In this document: in pieces, positions 47,176 through 56,555 of the stretch
Layout: each line of letters starts with the position of its first letter
How positions within the stretch are numbered: the first letter of the stretch is position 1
Source of the DNA: Verrucomicrobium spinosum
Lineage (GTDB): Bacteria; Verrucomicrobiota; Verrucomicrobiia; JADLBR01; JAIBCM01
NCBI GenBank assembly: GCA_020718645.1
Contig: DYRQ01000002.1
Span: 4,781 to 68,780 of the forward strand
Direction: 5' to 3'
Length of the DNA stretch: 64,000 bases
Program-made: the position numbers and the translations under genes
Notes under the pieces: model-generated
Databases searched by the model: none
What the model was told of the DNA's origin: nothing
The model's input: only the letters and a program-made list of their open reading frames with translations

Positions 47176-48291
47176 TTACTCCATCGCCTGTTTCATGTGT
47201 TCCGAGCGGAGGCGCAAAGTGCGGGCGTGGCGCAAGCGCAATCTTTCGTCGGTCAAGACGGACACGATGACCTCAGCAGCAGCCATGACCAACCCGAGCA
47301 CGGGCACGGCCAAGAACATGCCAGTCGGGCCGCCGACTTGGCCGCCGAGAAATATCAGCAACACGGTAGGCAGGGGATGGATGTCCATGGATTTGCCGAG
47401 TGTGTGCGGGATGATGAGAAAGTCGTCGAGCACGCGTATGGTAACAAAAAGCCCAATCACAAAATAGGGTGCGAGAGGCGAGGCCGGCAAATCGGTGGCT
47501 GCTACGAGCACAATGAGCAGGCAGCCAGCCACTGAACCGACATAGGGCACCCAGGCAATCACGGTGGCGGCCAAGGCCAGCAAGTAGGGGTTGGGCAGCC
47601 CGATGAAAACCAGACCTGTGCCCAAGATGGCTGCCACGGCCAGAGTCCACCAGAGCATTCCTTGGAAATATTGTTTGATCTGATGATCCATGCGATAGAG
47701 CAGCCAGAGTGTCTTTTCGAAATAGGCATTGGGCACAATGCGCATGAGATTTTTCTTAAAAATACCGCCGTCTCGCAGCATGAAAAATGCGATGAATGGA
47801 ACGATGAGCATGGAGGGTATAGCCCCTGCGGCTTCCAGCAAAAACGCGGGCAGATATTTCTTGGAAAAATTCGCATGAAAATCGGAGGTGATCTGGTGCC
47901 AGCGCAGTTGCAGCTCCGCCTCGCGCGCCCACTGAAATTTATTTTCGAGAGAGCCCACCGCTAGGCTGACCATGTGCATGCCGCCGCCGATGTAGCGGTT
48001 CAACTCCGCTTGCCATCCGTGCATGCGGCTGCTGACGACCGGCGCCAAGATCGGCATCAGCAACAGCAGGATCAGTGAGATGGCACCGAGCGTGATGCCG
48101 ATAGCTTGGCCGTGGGTGAAACTGCGGCTGCGGATGAGATCCACCAGAGGGTCGAGCAGGTAATAGAGCAACATCGCCAGAATCAAAGGCACCGCCAGCC
48201 ACATGATGTGCGAGGCCAGCCAGAGGAGCAGGACCGCTGTGCAGATGATGCAGAGCCAGACGAGCGGATTGTCGAGCGGTTCGCTTTTCAT
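47176..48291 (-). CDS. AI-2E family transporter (PerM/UPF0118)
   Basis: 8 TM helices with the characteristic architecture. The start is at MKSEPLDNPLVWL. Confidence 0.75.
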   Translation of the reverse strand: MKSEPLDNPLVWLCIICTAVLLLWLASHIMWLAVPLILAMLLYYLLDPLVDLIRSRSFTHGQAIGITLGAISLILLLLMPILAPVVSSRMHGWQAELNRYIGGGMHMVSLAVGSLENKFQWAREAELQLRWHQITSDFHANFSKKYLPAFLLEAAGAIPSMLIVPFIAFFMLRDGGIFKKNLMRIVPNAYFEKTLWLLYRMDHQIKQYFQGMLWWTLAVAAILGTGLVFIGLPNPYLLALAATVIAWVPYVGSVAGCLLIVLVAATDLPASPLAPYFVIGLFVTIRVLDDFLIIPHTLGKSMDIHPLPTVLLIFLGGQVGGPTGMFLAVPVLGLVMAAAEVIVSVLTDERLRLRHARTLRLRSEHMKQAME

Positions 48292-48295
48292 GCCG

Positions 48296-48781
48296 TCAGG
48301 AAGCAGGGTGATGGTGCGAGTGGTCCGCCGTGGTTTCGCGCAGGCGCTGCGCCAAGTGCCTCGCCAGTTCATAGCAGACTTTGGCGGCTATGGATCGGTT
48401 GGTCTGGATGATCTGCAAAAATTCTGGACGGAAAAAACCGATGAGTTCTGTGGGCTCAGTGGCTCGCGCCTGTGCGGACCGAGGGGTGCCTTCCAAGAGA
48501 GCCACTTCTCCGAAAAACATGCCTGAGCCAAACTTCGCCAACTCCTTGCGTTTATTGAGCAAGCCACCCGTGGAGATGCTGACACTCCCTTGGATGACCA
48601 CATAGAGGCCAAGGCCTTCCTCTCCTTGGTCGAAAATGATTTCGTCCTTATCATAGAATCGTTCGTGCATGAGCCCCTCGAGCGTGGCGATTTCTTTGCT
48701 CGTGAGCTGGGAGAACAGGGGAATAGTCTTCAAGATGCCCACGCGCGGGCTGTCGTTTTTTTTGTCGAAGATCATGGGCAC
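48296..48781 (-). CDS. Stand-alone cyclic nucleotide-binding domain protein
   Basis: A cNMP-binding fold (FGEVALLEGTPRSAQARA) with no effector or HTH domain. It ends in a His-rich tail, DHSHHHPAS. Confidence 0.8.
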   Translation of the reverse strand: MPMIFDKKNDSPRVGILKTIPLFSQLTSKEIATLEGLMHERFYDKDEIIFDQGEEGLGLYVVIQGSVSISTGGLLNKRKELAKFGSGMFFGEVALLEGTPRSAQARATEPTELIGFFRPEFLQIIQTNRSIAAKVCYELARHLAQRLRETTADHSHHHPAS

Positions 48782-48817
48782 CGCCTATAGTCGGCGCACC
48801 AGCTTTGACCAGCAAAA

Positions 48818-49774
48818 TCAGGAGGCATCTTCATCGGCATTCTCTCCAGAGAAGAGCTGACCTTCTCCCGTCACTTGTGCCCAAGTGCGAAAGTGGGTCT
48901 TGGTGACAGAGGCCAAGGTGTCTCTCCCGTGTTTCTCCAGAATCTCTTTAGCCGCCTGTTTCACCTGTGCTGAAGCGCCGTGGGGAACGCGGCAGCCGAG
49001 CTTTTTGGCCAAGCCAGCCATGGCCTCGTTGAAAGCGTGGCGGGCCACGATCGAGGCGGCGGCTACGACCGGGTCACTCTCCGCTTTGTGGCGTTGGGTA
49101 AGGTCGAGTGGGGCTTGAAAGCCGCGCAGATATTTTTTTACCGTCCAATCGGTCTTGGCAAATTTATCGGTCATGACCTTCGGACAGCCCGTGGCTTCTA
49201 CTAGGTTTTGGATGACTCGGGCATGACACCAGCCGAGCACCTCGTTGACGCTCCCCATCTTTTTCTGGAGTTCATTGTATTTCGGATTGTTCATCTGGAT
49301 CAGCTCGACGCGGACGCCCCTCGTCTCGCGGATCAGCTCGGCTAACTCGGCCATTTTTTTGGCTGAGGTAACAGTCTTGCTGTCTTTGACCCCCGAGCGC
49401 ATCCACTCCTCGATGGCCTCGGATGGCGCGTAAACTCCGGCGGTGACCAAAGGACCAAAAAAATCACCCTTGCCACTTTCATCCACGCCGATATGCGCGG
49501 CGAACAACTCGGGTTTGAGCACTTTTTCATAGCCCAACGAGGCTTCTTGCAAAATTTCTGGTTCAAGCACGAACTCGATAAACTCTCGGGAGTCCTTGCC
49601 TTGGAGCGTGCATTTTCCTGACTGGTAGGCGGTGATTTGCAGCTTGTTTTTCGAGGCGCCGAAGTGTGCGTAAGGCACTTCGCGGAAGGTGTAGCCTTTG
49701 GCTTGCAACACTTGTTTTAGGGATTGGATTTGCGCCTCGGTGAGGCTGTAGGTAAACGAGCTGGGTTCTGCCAT
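48818..49774 (-). CDS. rnhC: Ribonuclease HIII
   Basis: An N-terminal TBP-like domain of about 85 aa is followed by an RNase H type-2 domain with GVDESGKGDFFGPL. The start is at MAEPSSF. Confidence 0.85.
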   Translation of the reverse strand: MAEPSSFTYSLTEAQIQSLKQVLQAKGYTFREVPYAHFGASKNKLQITAYQSGKCTLQGKDSREFIEFVLEPEILQEASLGYEKVLKPELFAAHIGVDESGKGDFFGPLVTAGVYAPSEAIEEWMRSGVKDSKTVTSAKKMAELAELIRETRGVRVELIQMNNPKYNELQKKMGSVNEVLGWCHARVIQNLVEATGCPKVMTDKFAKTDWTVKKYLRGFQAPLDLTQRHKAESDPVVAAASIVARHAFNEAMAGLAKKLGCRVPHGASAQVKQAAKEILEKHGRDTLASVTKTHFRTWAQVTGEGQLFSGENADEDAS

Positions 49775-49829
49775 GGCTACGATTGATAACAGCAAACGAA
49801 AAAAAACCAAGCGCCTCCAGCCAGCAGGC

Positions 49830-50792
49830 ATGAGGAGGGTCTTGGTAGGCTGGTTCGCGCAGGCGGCGCGAGACTTGCCATGGCGCAAGCAGCGCACCCC
49901 TTACACGGTGGTTGTTTCCGAGTTCATGCTCCAGCAGACTCAGGTGTCACAAGTGATAGAGTATTTTAACCGATGGATGCGTCTTTTCCCCTCGTGGCGT
50001 GAGCTGGCGCGGGCCGAGGATGCCGTAGTGCGGAAGGCGTGGGAAGGGCTGGGTTATTACAGCCGCGCGACCCGTCTGCGGGATGTAGCCCGGAGTGTGA
50101 TGGATAACCATTGTGGCGAGCTGCCGAGAGATATTGATGTTTTGAAAAAACTGCCAGGCTTTGGCGACTACACGCTCGGTGCTGTGGCGAGCATGGCCTT
50201 CGGGTTTCCTCTTGCGGCAGTGGACGGCAATGTAGCCAGAGTCTTGTCGCGGGTGGCGGGAGAACCCGACGGGTGGCGTGATCCATCGCAGCGCAAGTCT
50301 TGGCGGGAGTTGGCTGAGAAGTTGCTCGACCGGAGAGAGCCGGGGCTTTTCAACGAAGCCTTGATCGAGCTGGGGGCTACAGTCTGCACTCCCTCGTCTC
50401 CTCGGTGTGCCGAGTGCCCGTGGCAGCAGTGGTGTCCTACGGCTGGCATGATGCTGGAGAATCGGGTCGCTCAGAGTCCGAAAGCTTCCAAGAAAATCGA
50501 GCTTTCCCAGAGGGTGGCGTGGGTAGTTTATCGGGGCAAACTTGCCTTGAAGGAATCGGCTGGCCCGTGGTGGAAAGGGCTTTGGGTTTTGCCGCCTGTG
50601 GAACAGGGAACGGGTGCAGTTCTAGCCTCCAGTGCTTTCACGGTGACTCGCCACAAGGTCCATCTTCAAGTTCTCCAGGGCACACGGTCTGAGGTGCAAG
50701 GATGCGTGTGGCATTCTCTCGACCAGCTCGAGGCCCTGGCTATGCCCGCCCCGCATCGCAAGGTGGTGAACCATCTGATCGGTCTGGACTAG
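49830..50792 (+). CDS. mutY: A/G-specific adenine DNA glycosylase
   Basis: The HhH-GPD domain, the 4Fe-4S loop CTPSSPRCAECPWQQWC and a C-terminal NUDIX-like domain are present. An alternative upstream ATG at 49775 overlaps the rnhC start. Confidence 0.85.
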   Translation: MRRVLVGWFAQAARDLPWRKQRTPYTVVVSEFMLQQTQVSQVIEYFNRWMRLFPSWRELARAEDAVVRKAWEGLGYYSRATRLRDVARSVMDNHCGELPRDIDVLKKLPGFGDYTLGAVASMAFGFPLAAVDGNVARVLSRVAGEPDGWRDPSQRKSWRELAEKLLDRREPGLFNEALIELGATVCTPSSPRCAECPWQQWCPTAGMMLENRVAQSPKASKKIELSQRVAWVVYRGKLALKESAGPWWKGLWVLPPVEQGTGAVLASSAFTVTRHKVHLQVLQGTRSEVQGCVWHSLDQLEALAMPAPHRKVVNHLIGLD

Positions 50793-50905
50793 ATAGAGCG
50801 AGTTTGCCCACCACCAGCTTGCACTCCTCACTCACATTTACTGCGGAGTTGCGGGCTTCGGAGTTGACACCGAGGCAGTGAGGTTGTAGCCACCTCCTAC
50901 AGGCT

Positions 50906-51670
50906 ATGCACCACGAAACCATCGAGCCAGGCCAAGTGATTTTCATGGAAGGTCAATCTGGCCGTTCCGCCTACCGCGTGCTCAGCGGTAAAATTCAAAT
51001 TTACACCACCCGCGACAGCAAGCGCGTGGTCTTGGCCGAGATTGATCCCGGCGACATTTTTGGAGAGATGGCTATTTTGCAAGACAGACCGCGCTCGGCG
51101 AGTGCTGTGGCGTTGGAGCGCTCTGAGGTCGAGGTGCTTTCAGATTATGATTTCAACGAAATGATCATCTCCCAGCCCGCGCGGCTGCTGCCTTACTTGG
51201 CCACATTTTTCGAGCGGCTCCGGCATGCCAATGATCTGCTGAAACGCCACGGGATTTCAACAGGAACGGTGCTCGATATGCCAGATCCAGGACGGGTTCC
51301 CACAGTGAAGGTTTTTGTCGAAAGCGGCATACCGGGACTTCCCCTCGAGCCAGCGGTGCAGGTGCCGAAATTTCCTTTCCGCATCGGCCGTGCTTTGGAG
51401 TCTGGAGAAAGTGCCACGCTCTTTCCGAATGACCTGGTGGTTCACGATCAGCCTCCTTACAAAGCCTCCCGCAGCCAGTGTTCCCTCAACCGCCTCGGGC
51501 CACAAATCAGCGTGCGCGACCGTGGTAGCGAGCGGGGCACGATAGTGAATGGCGAATTGATCGGGGACAAAGCTCCCAGTGAAACTTCCAAACCCCTGGT
51601 CATGGGGCGCAACGAAATCCGGCTCGGCGGTATTGATAGCCCCCATCTGCTGGTGGTCGTTCTGAGTTAA
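50906..51670 (+). CDS. Cyclic nucleotide-binding domain / FHA domain fusion protein
   Basis: The N-terminal cNMP-binding domain has GDIFGEMAILQDRPRSASAVA. The C-terminal FHA domain has FRIGRALESGESATL...DRGSERGTIVNGELI. Confidence 0.75.
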   Translation: MHHETIEPGQVIFMEGQSGRSAYRVLSGKIQIYTTRDSKRVVLAEIDPGDIFGEMAILQDRPRSASAVALERSEVEVLSDYDFNEMIISQPARLLPYLATFFERLRHANDLLKRHGISTGTVLDMPDPGRVPTVKVFVESGIPGLPLEPAVQVPKFPFRIGRALESGESATLFPNDLVVHDQPPYKASRSQCSLNRLGPQISVRDRGSERGTIVNGELIGDKAPSETSKPLVMGRNEIRLGGIDSPHLLVVVLS

Positions 51671-51710
51671 TACCCAGAGCGGCGACTGTTGTTTCCCTGC
51701 TCATTATTTT

Positions 51711-52916
51711 GTGAAACACCTCCACCTCGATCCATTTTCAGGCATCAGCGGAGATATGTTCGCCGGAGCGCTCGCCGCACTCGGTGCGTATGAGGACGGC
51801 GTAGTGTTTCGCCAGATGCGCAGCCTCTCCTGTTCGGGTGAGTTTTCTCTGGAAGTTCAGCCTGTGCTGAAAAGAGGGATTGCTGCCACGAGTTTTCGGG
51901 TGAATGTGCTGGTGCCTCCCCGGTTGCCAGCCGGTGAACCCACGCGAGGTATTACAGAAATAGGGCGCATGATCGAGGCGGCCCAATGGCCGGAGCCTGT
52001 CACACGACGAGTCATGGCCGTGTTTCGTCGCCTCGCGGTGGCCGAGGCAAAAATCCACGGTGTCGCCGAGGAGGAAGTGCATTTTCACGAGGTGGGTGCT
52101 GTAGATGCCATTGCGGATATTAGCGCTGTCTGCTTGGGCCTAGCACATTTGGAGTGCGTGTCTGTGACCTCGTCGGTTCCTGTGGATGGTAGTGGGACAG
52201 TCTCATGCAGTCACGGTGTTCTGCCCATCCCAGTCCCCGCGACGCTCGAACTTTTGCGAGGCATCCCTGTGCAGGCGTGTGCCGTGCCGTTTGAGATGAT
52301 TACACCCACAGGCGCAGCACTGCTGGCTGAGTTTGCTTCATCCTACGGTTCTGCGCCAGCCCTGAGCCTTGAGAAAATTGGCTATGGGGCAGGGAGCCGA
52401 GAGCTTCCGGATCGAGCCAATGTCTTGCGCGCCTACCTAGGACATACCTTGTCCGAGACTCGAGAGGAGAGCGTCTTCTGCTTGGAAGCCAACCTTGATG
52501 ACGCGCAGCCACAGCTTTTAGCAGATGCACTGGAGCAACTCATGAAAGCGGGTGCCTTAGATGTCACCATTGCCCCGGTGCTCATGAAAAAAGGGCGTCC
52601 GGCCCATGTGCTATCCGTGCTGTGCCGCCCAGAGGATCGCGAGAGATTGGCCGATGAGATCCTGCTCAGCACCCCATCGTTTGGTGTTAGATTTTACGAA
52701 TGTCAGAGACGGGTGCTGGAACGGGACATGGTCGAGGTTCCAACCTGTTTTGGTCTGATTGCCATCAAGCTCGGACGGTTGCGTGGCGAACTCCTCCAAG
52801 CCTCTCCCGAATACGAGTCCGTGCGACTAGCCGCAGAACGGACAGGCAAACCTTGGCGTGTCGTATGGGCTGAAGCCTTCTCCTCGGCGCAAGGATTCTT
52901 ACGCAGCCAGAGATGA
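51711..52916 (+). CDS. larC: LarC family nickel-pincer cofactor insertase (DUF111)
   Basis: The N-terminus MKHLHLDPFSGISGDMFAGALAALG is the hallmark of the family, and the protein is 401 aa. Confidence 0.85.
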   Translation: MKHLHLDPFSGISGDMFAGALAALGAYEDGVVFRQMRSLSCSGEFSLEVQPVLKRGIAATSFRVNVLVPPRLPAGEPTRGITEIGRMIEAAQWPEPVTRRVMAVFRRLAVAEAKIHGVAEEEVHFHEVGAVDAIADISAVCLGLAHLECVSVTSSVPVDGSGTVSCSHGVLPIPVPATLELLRGIPVQACAVPFEMITPTGAALLAEFASSYGSAPALSLEKIGYGAGSRELPDRANVLRAYLGHTLSETREESVFCLEANLDDAQPQLLADALEQLMKAGALDVTIAPVLMKKGRPAHVLSVLCRPEDRERLADEILLSTPSFGVRFYECQRRVLERDMVEVPTCFGLIAIKLGRLRGELLQASPEYESVRLAAERTGKPWRVVWAEAFSSAQGFLRSQR

Positions 52917-52952
52917 ATAAGGCATCAGGTCAGCAGTAGAGGCTCGCAGGTG

Positions 52953-53603
52953 TTAGGGCACCTGAGGCATGATAGCGCTCACGCGAATAACTCCACGAAA
53001 TTCACCTTCCCGGAAACCTTTGGCTTGGTCGTCGGGATACAGTTCGCGAATCTTGGCTGAAATCCCCGAGGGAATCTGAGTTTCTGGGCCATGGCAGATG
53101 AGGCACGCAGCCCCTGTGAGCACGGGTTTGTAATAACGAACTTCCACGCGTCCGCCGTTCTCGATGGCTTGGACATAATCTTTCGGTGGCGAGGGTGCCA
53201 AGAATATCTTGAGAGCTTCAGATTCAGCCGCGTCGGGATTGTTGAATGGGTTTCGGATTTTGTGCGAAGTGCGTTTGATGGTGATGACGCTGTTCGCGCC
53301 GTGTTTTGCTGCGATTGCGTGAGTGAGGCTGATGGCGTTATTTTTACAGACTTCAATTCCAGCTTCGGGGCCGAGTGCGGCTATTTCAGCCGTCATTCGT
53401 GCAAGCAAAGAGGCGGCTAGCTCTCCGGCAATGGGTTCACAAAGCCGTCTGATCCAAGTTGCTTCTTCGGGGGATGCCGCTCGAAATTGAGTTTTGGGTG
53501 GTTGCGGCGAGCAGGCGCTCAGTAAGGAAATAACCAGTAGGCCGCTGATCTGGAGGCACAGGCGAATCCAGAGCCGACCAGAGTGATCAGGGTTGTTTTT
53601 CAT
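52953..53603 (-). CDS. DUF3365 / Tll0287-like c-type heme-binding lipoprotein
   Basis: It has a signal peptide with a lipobox (LLSAC) and a single CxxCH motif (CLICHG) near the C-terminus. Confidence 0.65.
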   Translation of the reverse strand: MKNNPDHSGRLWIRLCLQISGLLVISLLSACSPQPPKTQFRAASPEEATWIRRLCEPIAGELAASLLARMTAEIAALGPEAGIEVCKNNAISLTHAIAAKHGANSVITIKRTSHKIRNPFNNPDAAESEALKIFLAPSPPKDYVQAIENGGRVEVRYYKPVLTGAACLICHGPETQIPSGISAKIRELYPDDQAKGFREGEFRGVIRVSAIMPQVP

Positions 53604-53739
53604 CGGATGGCGGTAGGGGTTTGTTTTTCACGAAGCATCTGCCGAGCACGCACAGAGGGCAATCTTTGAAAACTACGCCAACGACAATCCATCCCACAAC
53701 AAATGCCAAGGCCAAATAAGGGAGCAATGATTTCATCAT
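53587..53739 (-). CDS. Small membrane ORF (50 aa) with a Cys cluster. It falls below the ORF-track size cutoff.
   Basis: The manual reverse-strand translation from ATGATG at 53739 gives MMKSLLPYLALAFVVGWIVVGVVFKDCPLCVLGRCFVKNKPLPPSDEKQP*. It has one TM helix and a CPLC...C cluster, and overlaps the DUF3365 start by 17 nt. Confidence 0.25.
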   Translation of the reverse strand: MMKSLLPYLALAFVVGWIVVGVVFKDCPLCVLGRCFVKNKPLPPSDEKQP

Positions 53740-53797
53740 AATTAGTTATTCTTCGCGTTGTTGATTCTGGAGCGATCGCTGACGCAAGGCAAGGGGT

Positions 53798-54400
53798 TTA
53801 GTGGTCGCCCTCTTTCTGGCAGCAAGTGCCACAGGGTTCGTGTTCCGTAGTGCGCGGGCCTTTGGTTTCGATCAGCCAATAGACCACTCCAGCTACTACT
53901 GCCAAGAGGAGAACCCAAGCAGGGGCGGGGACTCCAGAGATTTCAGGCAGAGAGATTTTGCCGAGCTTGCCCCAAGTGAACAGTTTCTCCGTAATCCAAG
54001 GATAAGAGAGTGCGTAGGCGATGCCGCCAGCTATCATACCTAGGAATCCAAAGGCCGCATGTAAACTGCCCGAGGCCGTCGCCGCCACGGCTGTGCCTGG
54101 GCAATAGCCGTAGAGCACCATGCCGACACCGAAGATCAAAGCCCCGTAGATGACACCCGGCATGAGAGCTGGTTTCACATGCAGGTTCACTAAGCCCATG
54201 GGCTGGAGGATGGCGATAGCTGCCCCACCGACCACGATGGCGGTGAACATGATTTTCAGCACGGTGAAGTCTTGGAACAAGAACTGTCGCACGATGGTGT
54301 TGTAGCGGGTCACGCCTCCGAAATGGAGCAGTGCACCGAAGATGGATCCAAAAATGACGGCCATCAAGAGGGCGTCGTTGCCAGAGATAAATGCGATCAT
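53798..54400 (-). CDS. YeeE/YedE family sulfur-transport protein (half-size, DUF395)
   Basis: Its TM helices carry the conserved LYGYCPGTAV motif. Confidence 0.8.
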   Translation of the reverse strand: MIAFISGNDALLMAVIFGSIFGALLHFGGVTRYNTIVRQFLFQDFTVLKIMFTAIVVGGAAIAILQPMGLVNLHVKPALMPGVIYGALIFGVGMVLYGYCPGTAVAATASGSLHAAFGFLGMIAGGIAYALSYPWITEKLFTWGKLGKISLPEISGVPAPAWVLLLAVVAGVVYWLIETKGPRTTEHEPCGTCCQKEGDH

Positions 54401-54429
54401 AGATTTTTTCCTAGTATTTTCCTAATAGA

Positions 54430-54960
54430 TTATTTTTTGGTTTTGAACATCAGCATGGCCGTGGCCACACCGGAGACAAACATGACGAGAAAGAAAGTCC
54501 AACTGCTCACTGCGAGTTGCATTGTTCCAGCGATGCCGTGACCGCTGGTGCAACCGTCGGCCATGCGGGCTCCAAAGAGGATCAGGAACCCACCAGCAAA
54601 AGCAGCCGCCATGCGGAGGGGCACCGAAGAACCGAAGCGCTCACGCCAGACGCTCGGAACAGTCTCCCAATGGAAAGAGCGGCTGAGGAGCGCGGCAGCC
54701 AAGGCACCCAAGCCCGAGCCCAGCAGGAAGAGCGTGCTGTAGTCCCAGCGAGGAACCGCTTTTTTCGACCAGTAAGCGTTAGCGGCCACCGTCTCTTGAC
54801 CCAAGATGGGCATGGCACAGGCACCCGAGGTTTGGGCGATGGCGGTGGACATGCCGAGAGGTTTGTCAGCCACCAAGAGAGTGACGACACCGAGCAAGCC
54901 AATGGCAGCACCGATCAAGTAGGGCTGAGCCCGCTTCAGACAAGAACAGTTTATATTCAT
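54430..54960 (-). CDS. YeeE/YedE family sulfur-transport protein (second half-size paralogue)
   Basis: The conserved MADGCTSGHG motif is present. The start is at the internal ATG (MNINCSC). Confidence 0.75.
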   Translation of the reverse strand: MNINCSCLKRAQPYLIGAAIGLLGVVTLLVADKPLGMSTAIAQTSGACAMPILGQETVAANAYWSKKAVPRWDYSTLFLLGSGLGALAAALLSRSFHWETVPSVWRERFGSSVPLRMAAAFAGGFLILFGARMADGCTSGHGIAGTMQLAVSSWTFFLVMFVSGVATAMLMFKTKK

Positions 54961-55024
54961 AGTATGAACATATAGCAATAAAATGAAAACGCAAGGGTTC
55001 TTGTGAATTATTTTGATAGGCTTC

Positions 55025-55618
55025 TCAGGCTTTGCGAAATAGTTGCCGCAGCACGAGTTTGTTCTCGGCAAAAAACTGCGACTGAAATTCCGATAGTGGA
55101 TAGCCGGGCTCTGGACGCCAGTATTCCATCTGGAACTCAGGGTGCTGGAGGAACAATTCCATGATCCAGCAGAAATAGCCTGGGTGATCCATCGTGACTC
55201 GTAATTCTCCCCCCGGTTTCAGGGCTGTGCAACAGTCTCGGATGAATCCATGTTGGAAGAGGCGGTGTTTGAAATGTTTTTTCTTCGGCCACGGGTCAGG
55301 GTGCATGACATGGATTACATCCACTGACTGCGCCGGGATCAAATAGCGCACGGTATAGGCTGATTCGAGGCGCAACACCCGCAGGTTGGACAGGGAACCG
55401 CGCAGGGCTTTGCGAGCGATTTTTCTGGCTCTGCCCAACAATCTTTCCAAGGCGAGGAAGTGGGTATCCGGGTTGCTCTGTGCCATGGCGGCGACGAAAC
55501 CGCCATCGCCTGCGCCCAGTTCCACCTCAACGCGAGATGAAGGCGCACCGAAGATCCCGTCCCAGTCTAGCCGCTGGCAGAGGTCGGTGACCGGTAGAAA
55601 ATAGTCGTGCTCAGTCAT
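55025..55618 (-). CDS. trmB: tRNA (guanine46-N7)-methyltransferase
   Basis: The SAM-binding motif VEVELGAGDGGFVAAMA is present. Confidence 0.9.
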   Translation of the reverse strand: MTEHDYFLPVTDLCQRLDWDGIFGAPSSRVEVELGAGDGGFVAAMAQSNPDTHFLALERLLGRARKIARKALRGSLSNLRVLRLESAYTVRYLIPAQSVDVIHVMHPDPWPKKKHFKHRLFQHGFIRDCCTALKPGGELRVTMDHPGYFCWIMELFLQHPEFQMEYWRPEPGYPLSEFQSQFFAENKLVLRQLFRKA

Positions 55619-56553
55619 TCCGTGCTCAGGACACGCGCCACATAGGCATCGGGGTCAAAGGGGGAAAATTGATCCGCCTGCTCGCCAGCACCGACCCATT
55701 TGGGATAGAGGCCACATTCTTTAGCAATGCCCGCGAGTGAGCCGCCAGCACCGGCACCATCCCATTTGGTAGCGACGACACCGTTGATGGGCACCACTGT
55801 GGAAAACTCCTTAGCCTGGTGCAACGCGTTGCCGCCCGTGTGCATGTCCACTACGAGCAAAGTTTCATGCGGCGCTTTCGGATCGAGTTTGGCGAGTGCT
55901 CGCGAAGTTTTGCCCAGCTCTTGCATCAAGTTGTGTTTGTTGTGTTGGCGTCCGGCGGTGTCAATGATGACCAAATCCGCGCCCTCTTGTCGTGCAGCAT
56001 CGCAGGCGCTGTAGGCGACAGCAGCAGGGTCGGAACCGTAGCTGGCAGAGGTCACAGGGATGCCCAATCTTTCGCCCCAAGTGTGGAGTTGTTCGATGGC
56101 AGCCGCTCGGAAAGTATCGGCTGCTGCCAGACGCACACGCTTGCCTTGGCGCTGGTGCCAGTGAGCCAGTTTAGCCGCGCTGGTGGTTTTACCGACGCCG
56201 TTGACGCCGACCATCAACACCACATGCGGCGGGCCTTGCAGAGTGGTGGCTGGCAGGGGAGGAAAAAGAGCTTTCAACTCGCGCGCGGCAAAGTCTGGGA
56301 TGGAGCCGGCGGCAAAATCCTGTTTCTTCTCGCGGAACATCTGACCGAGTTTGAAAATGTCGGTGTTGGCCAAGTCCACGGCGACTTTGAGCAAGTCGCG
56401 GCGAGAGCGCAGTGTTTCCACAAACTCCATCGCAAAGCGAGGTCCAAAGTCACCTTGGATCAGCATAGCTTCCAGCTCTTCCCAATCCATTTCGCTGGGA
56501 GGGGCTTGAGTGTCGGCAGTTTTCGACACGAGTTTTTTGAAAAAGCCGAGCAT
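55615..56553 (-). CDS. ftsY: Signal recognition particle receptor
   Basis: An SRP54-type NG domain with GVNGVGKTTSAAKLA and DTAGR motifs. Confidence 0.9.
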   Translation of the reverse strand: MLGFFKKLVSKTADTQAPPSEMDWEELEAMLIQGDFGPRFAMEFVETLRSRRDLLKVAVDLANTDIFKLGQMFREKKQDFAAGSIPDFAARELKALFPPLPATTLQGPPHVVLMVGVNGVGKTTSAAKLAHWHQRQGKRVRLAAADTFRAAAIEQLHTWGERLGIPVTSASYGSDPAAVAYSACDAARQEGADLVIIDTAGRQHNKHNLMQELGKTSRALAKLDPKAPHETLLVVDMHTGGNALHQAKEFSTVVPINGVVATKWDGAGAGGSLAGIAKECGLYPKWVGAGEQADQFSPFDPDAYVARVLSTE

Positions 56554-56555
56554 AG

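Noticed and set aside
49773-49829. Alternative mutY start at ATG 49775, overlapping the rnhC start codon in a ccATGg divergent arrangement
   Set aside because: The 19 extra residues (MATIDNSKRKKTKRLQPAG) are not part of the conserved MutY N-terminus. The downstream ATG 49830 (MRRVLVGWF...) is preferred. This remains unresolved.
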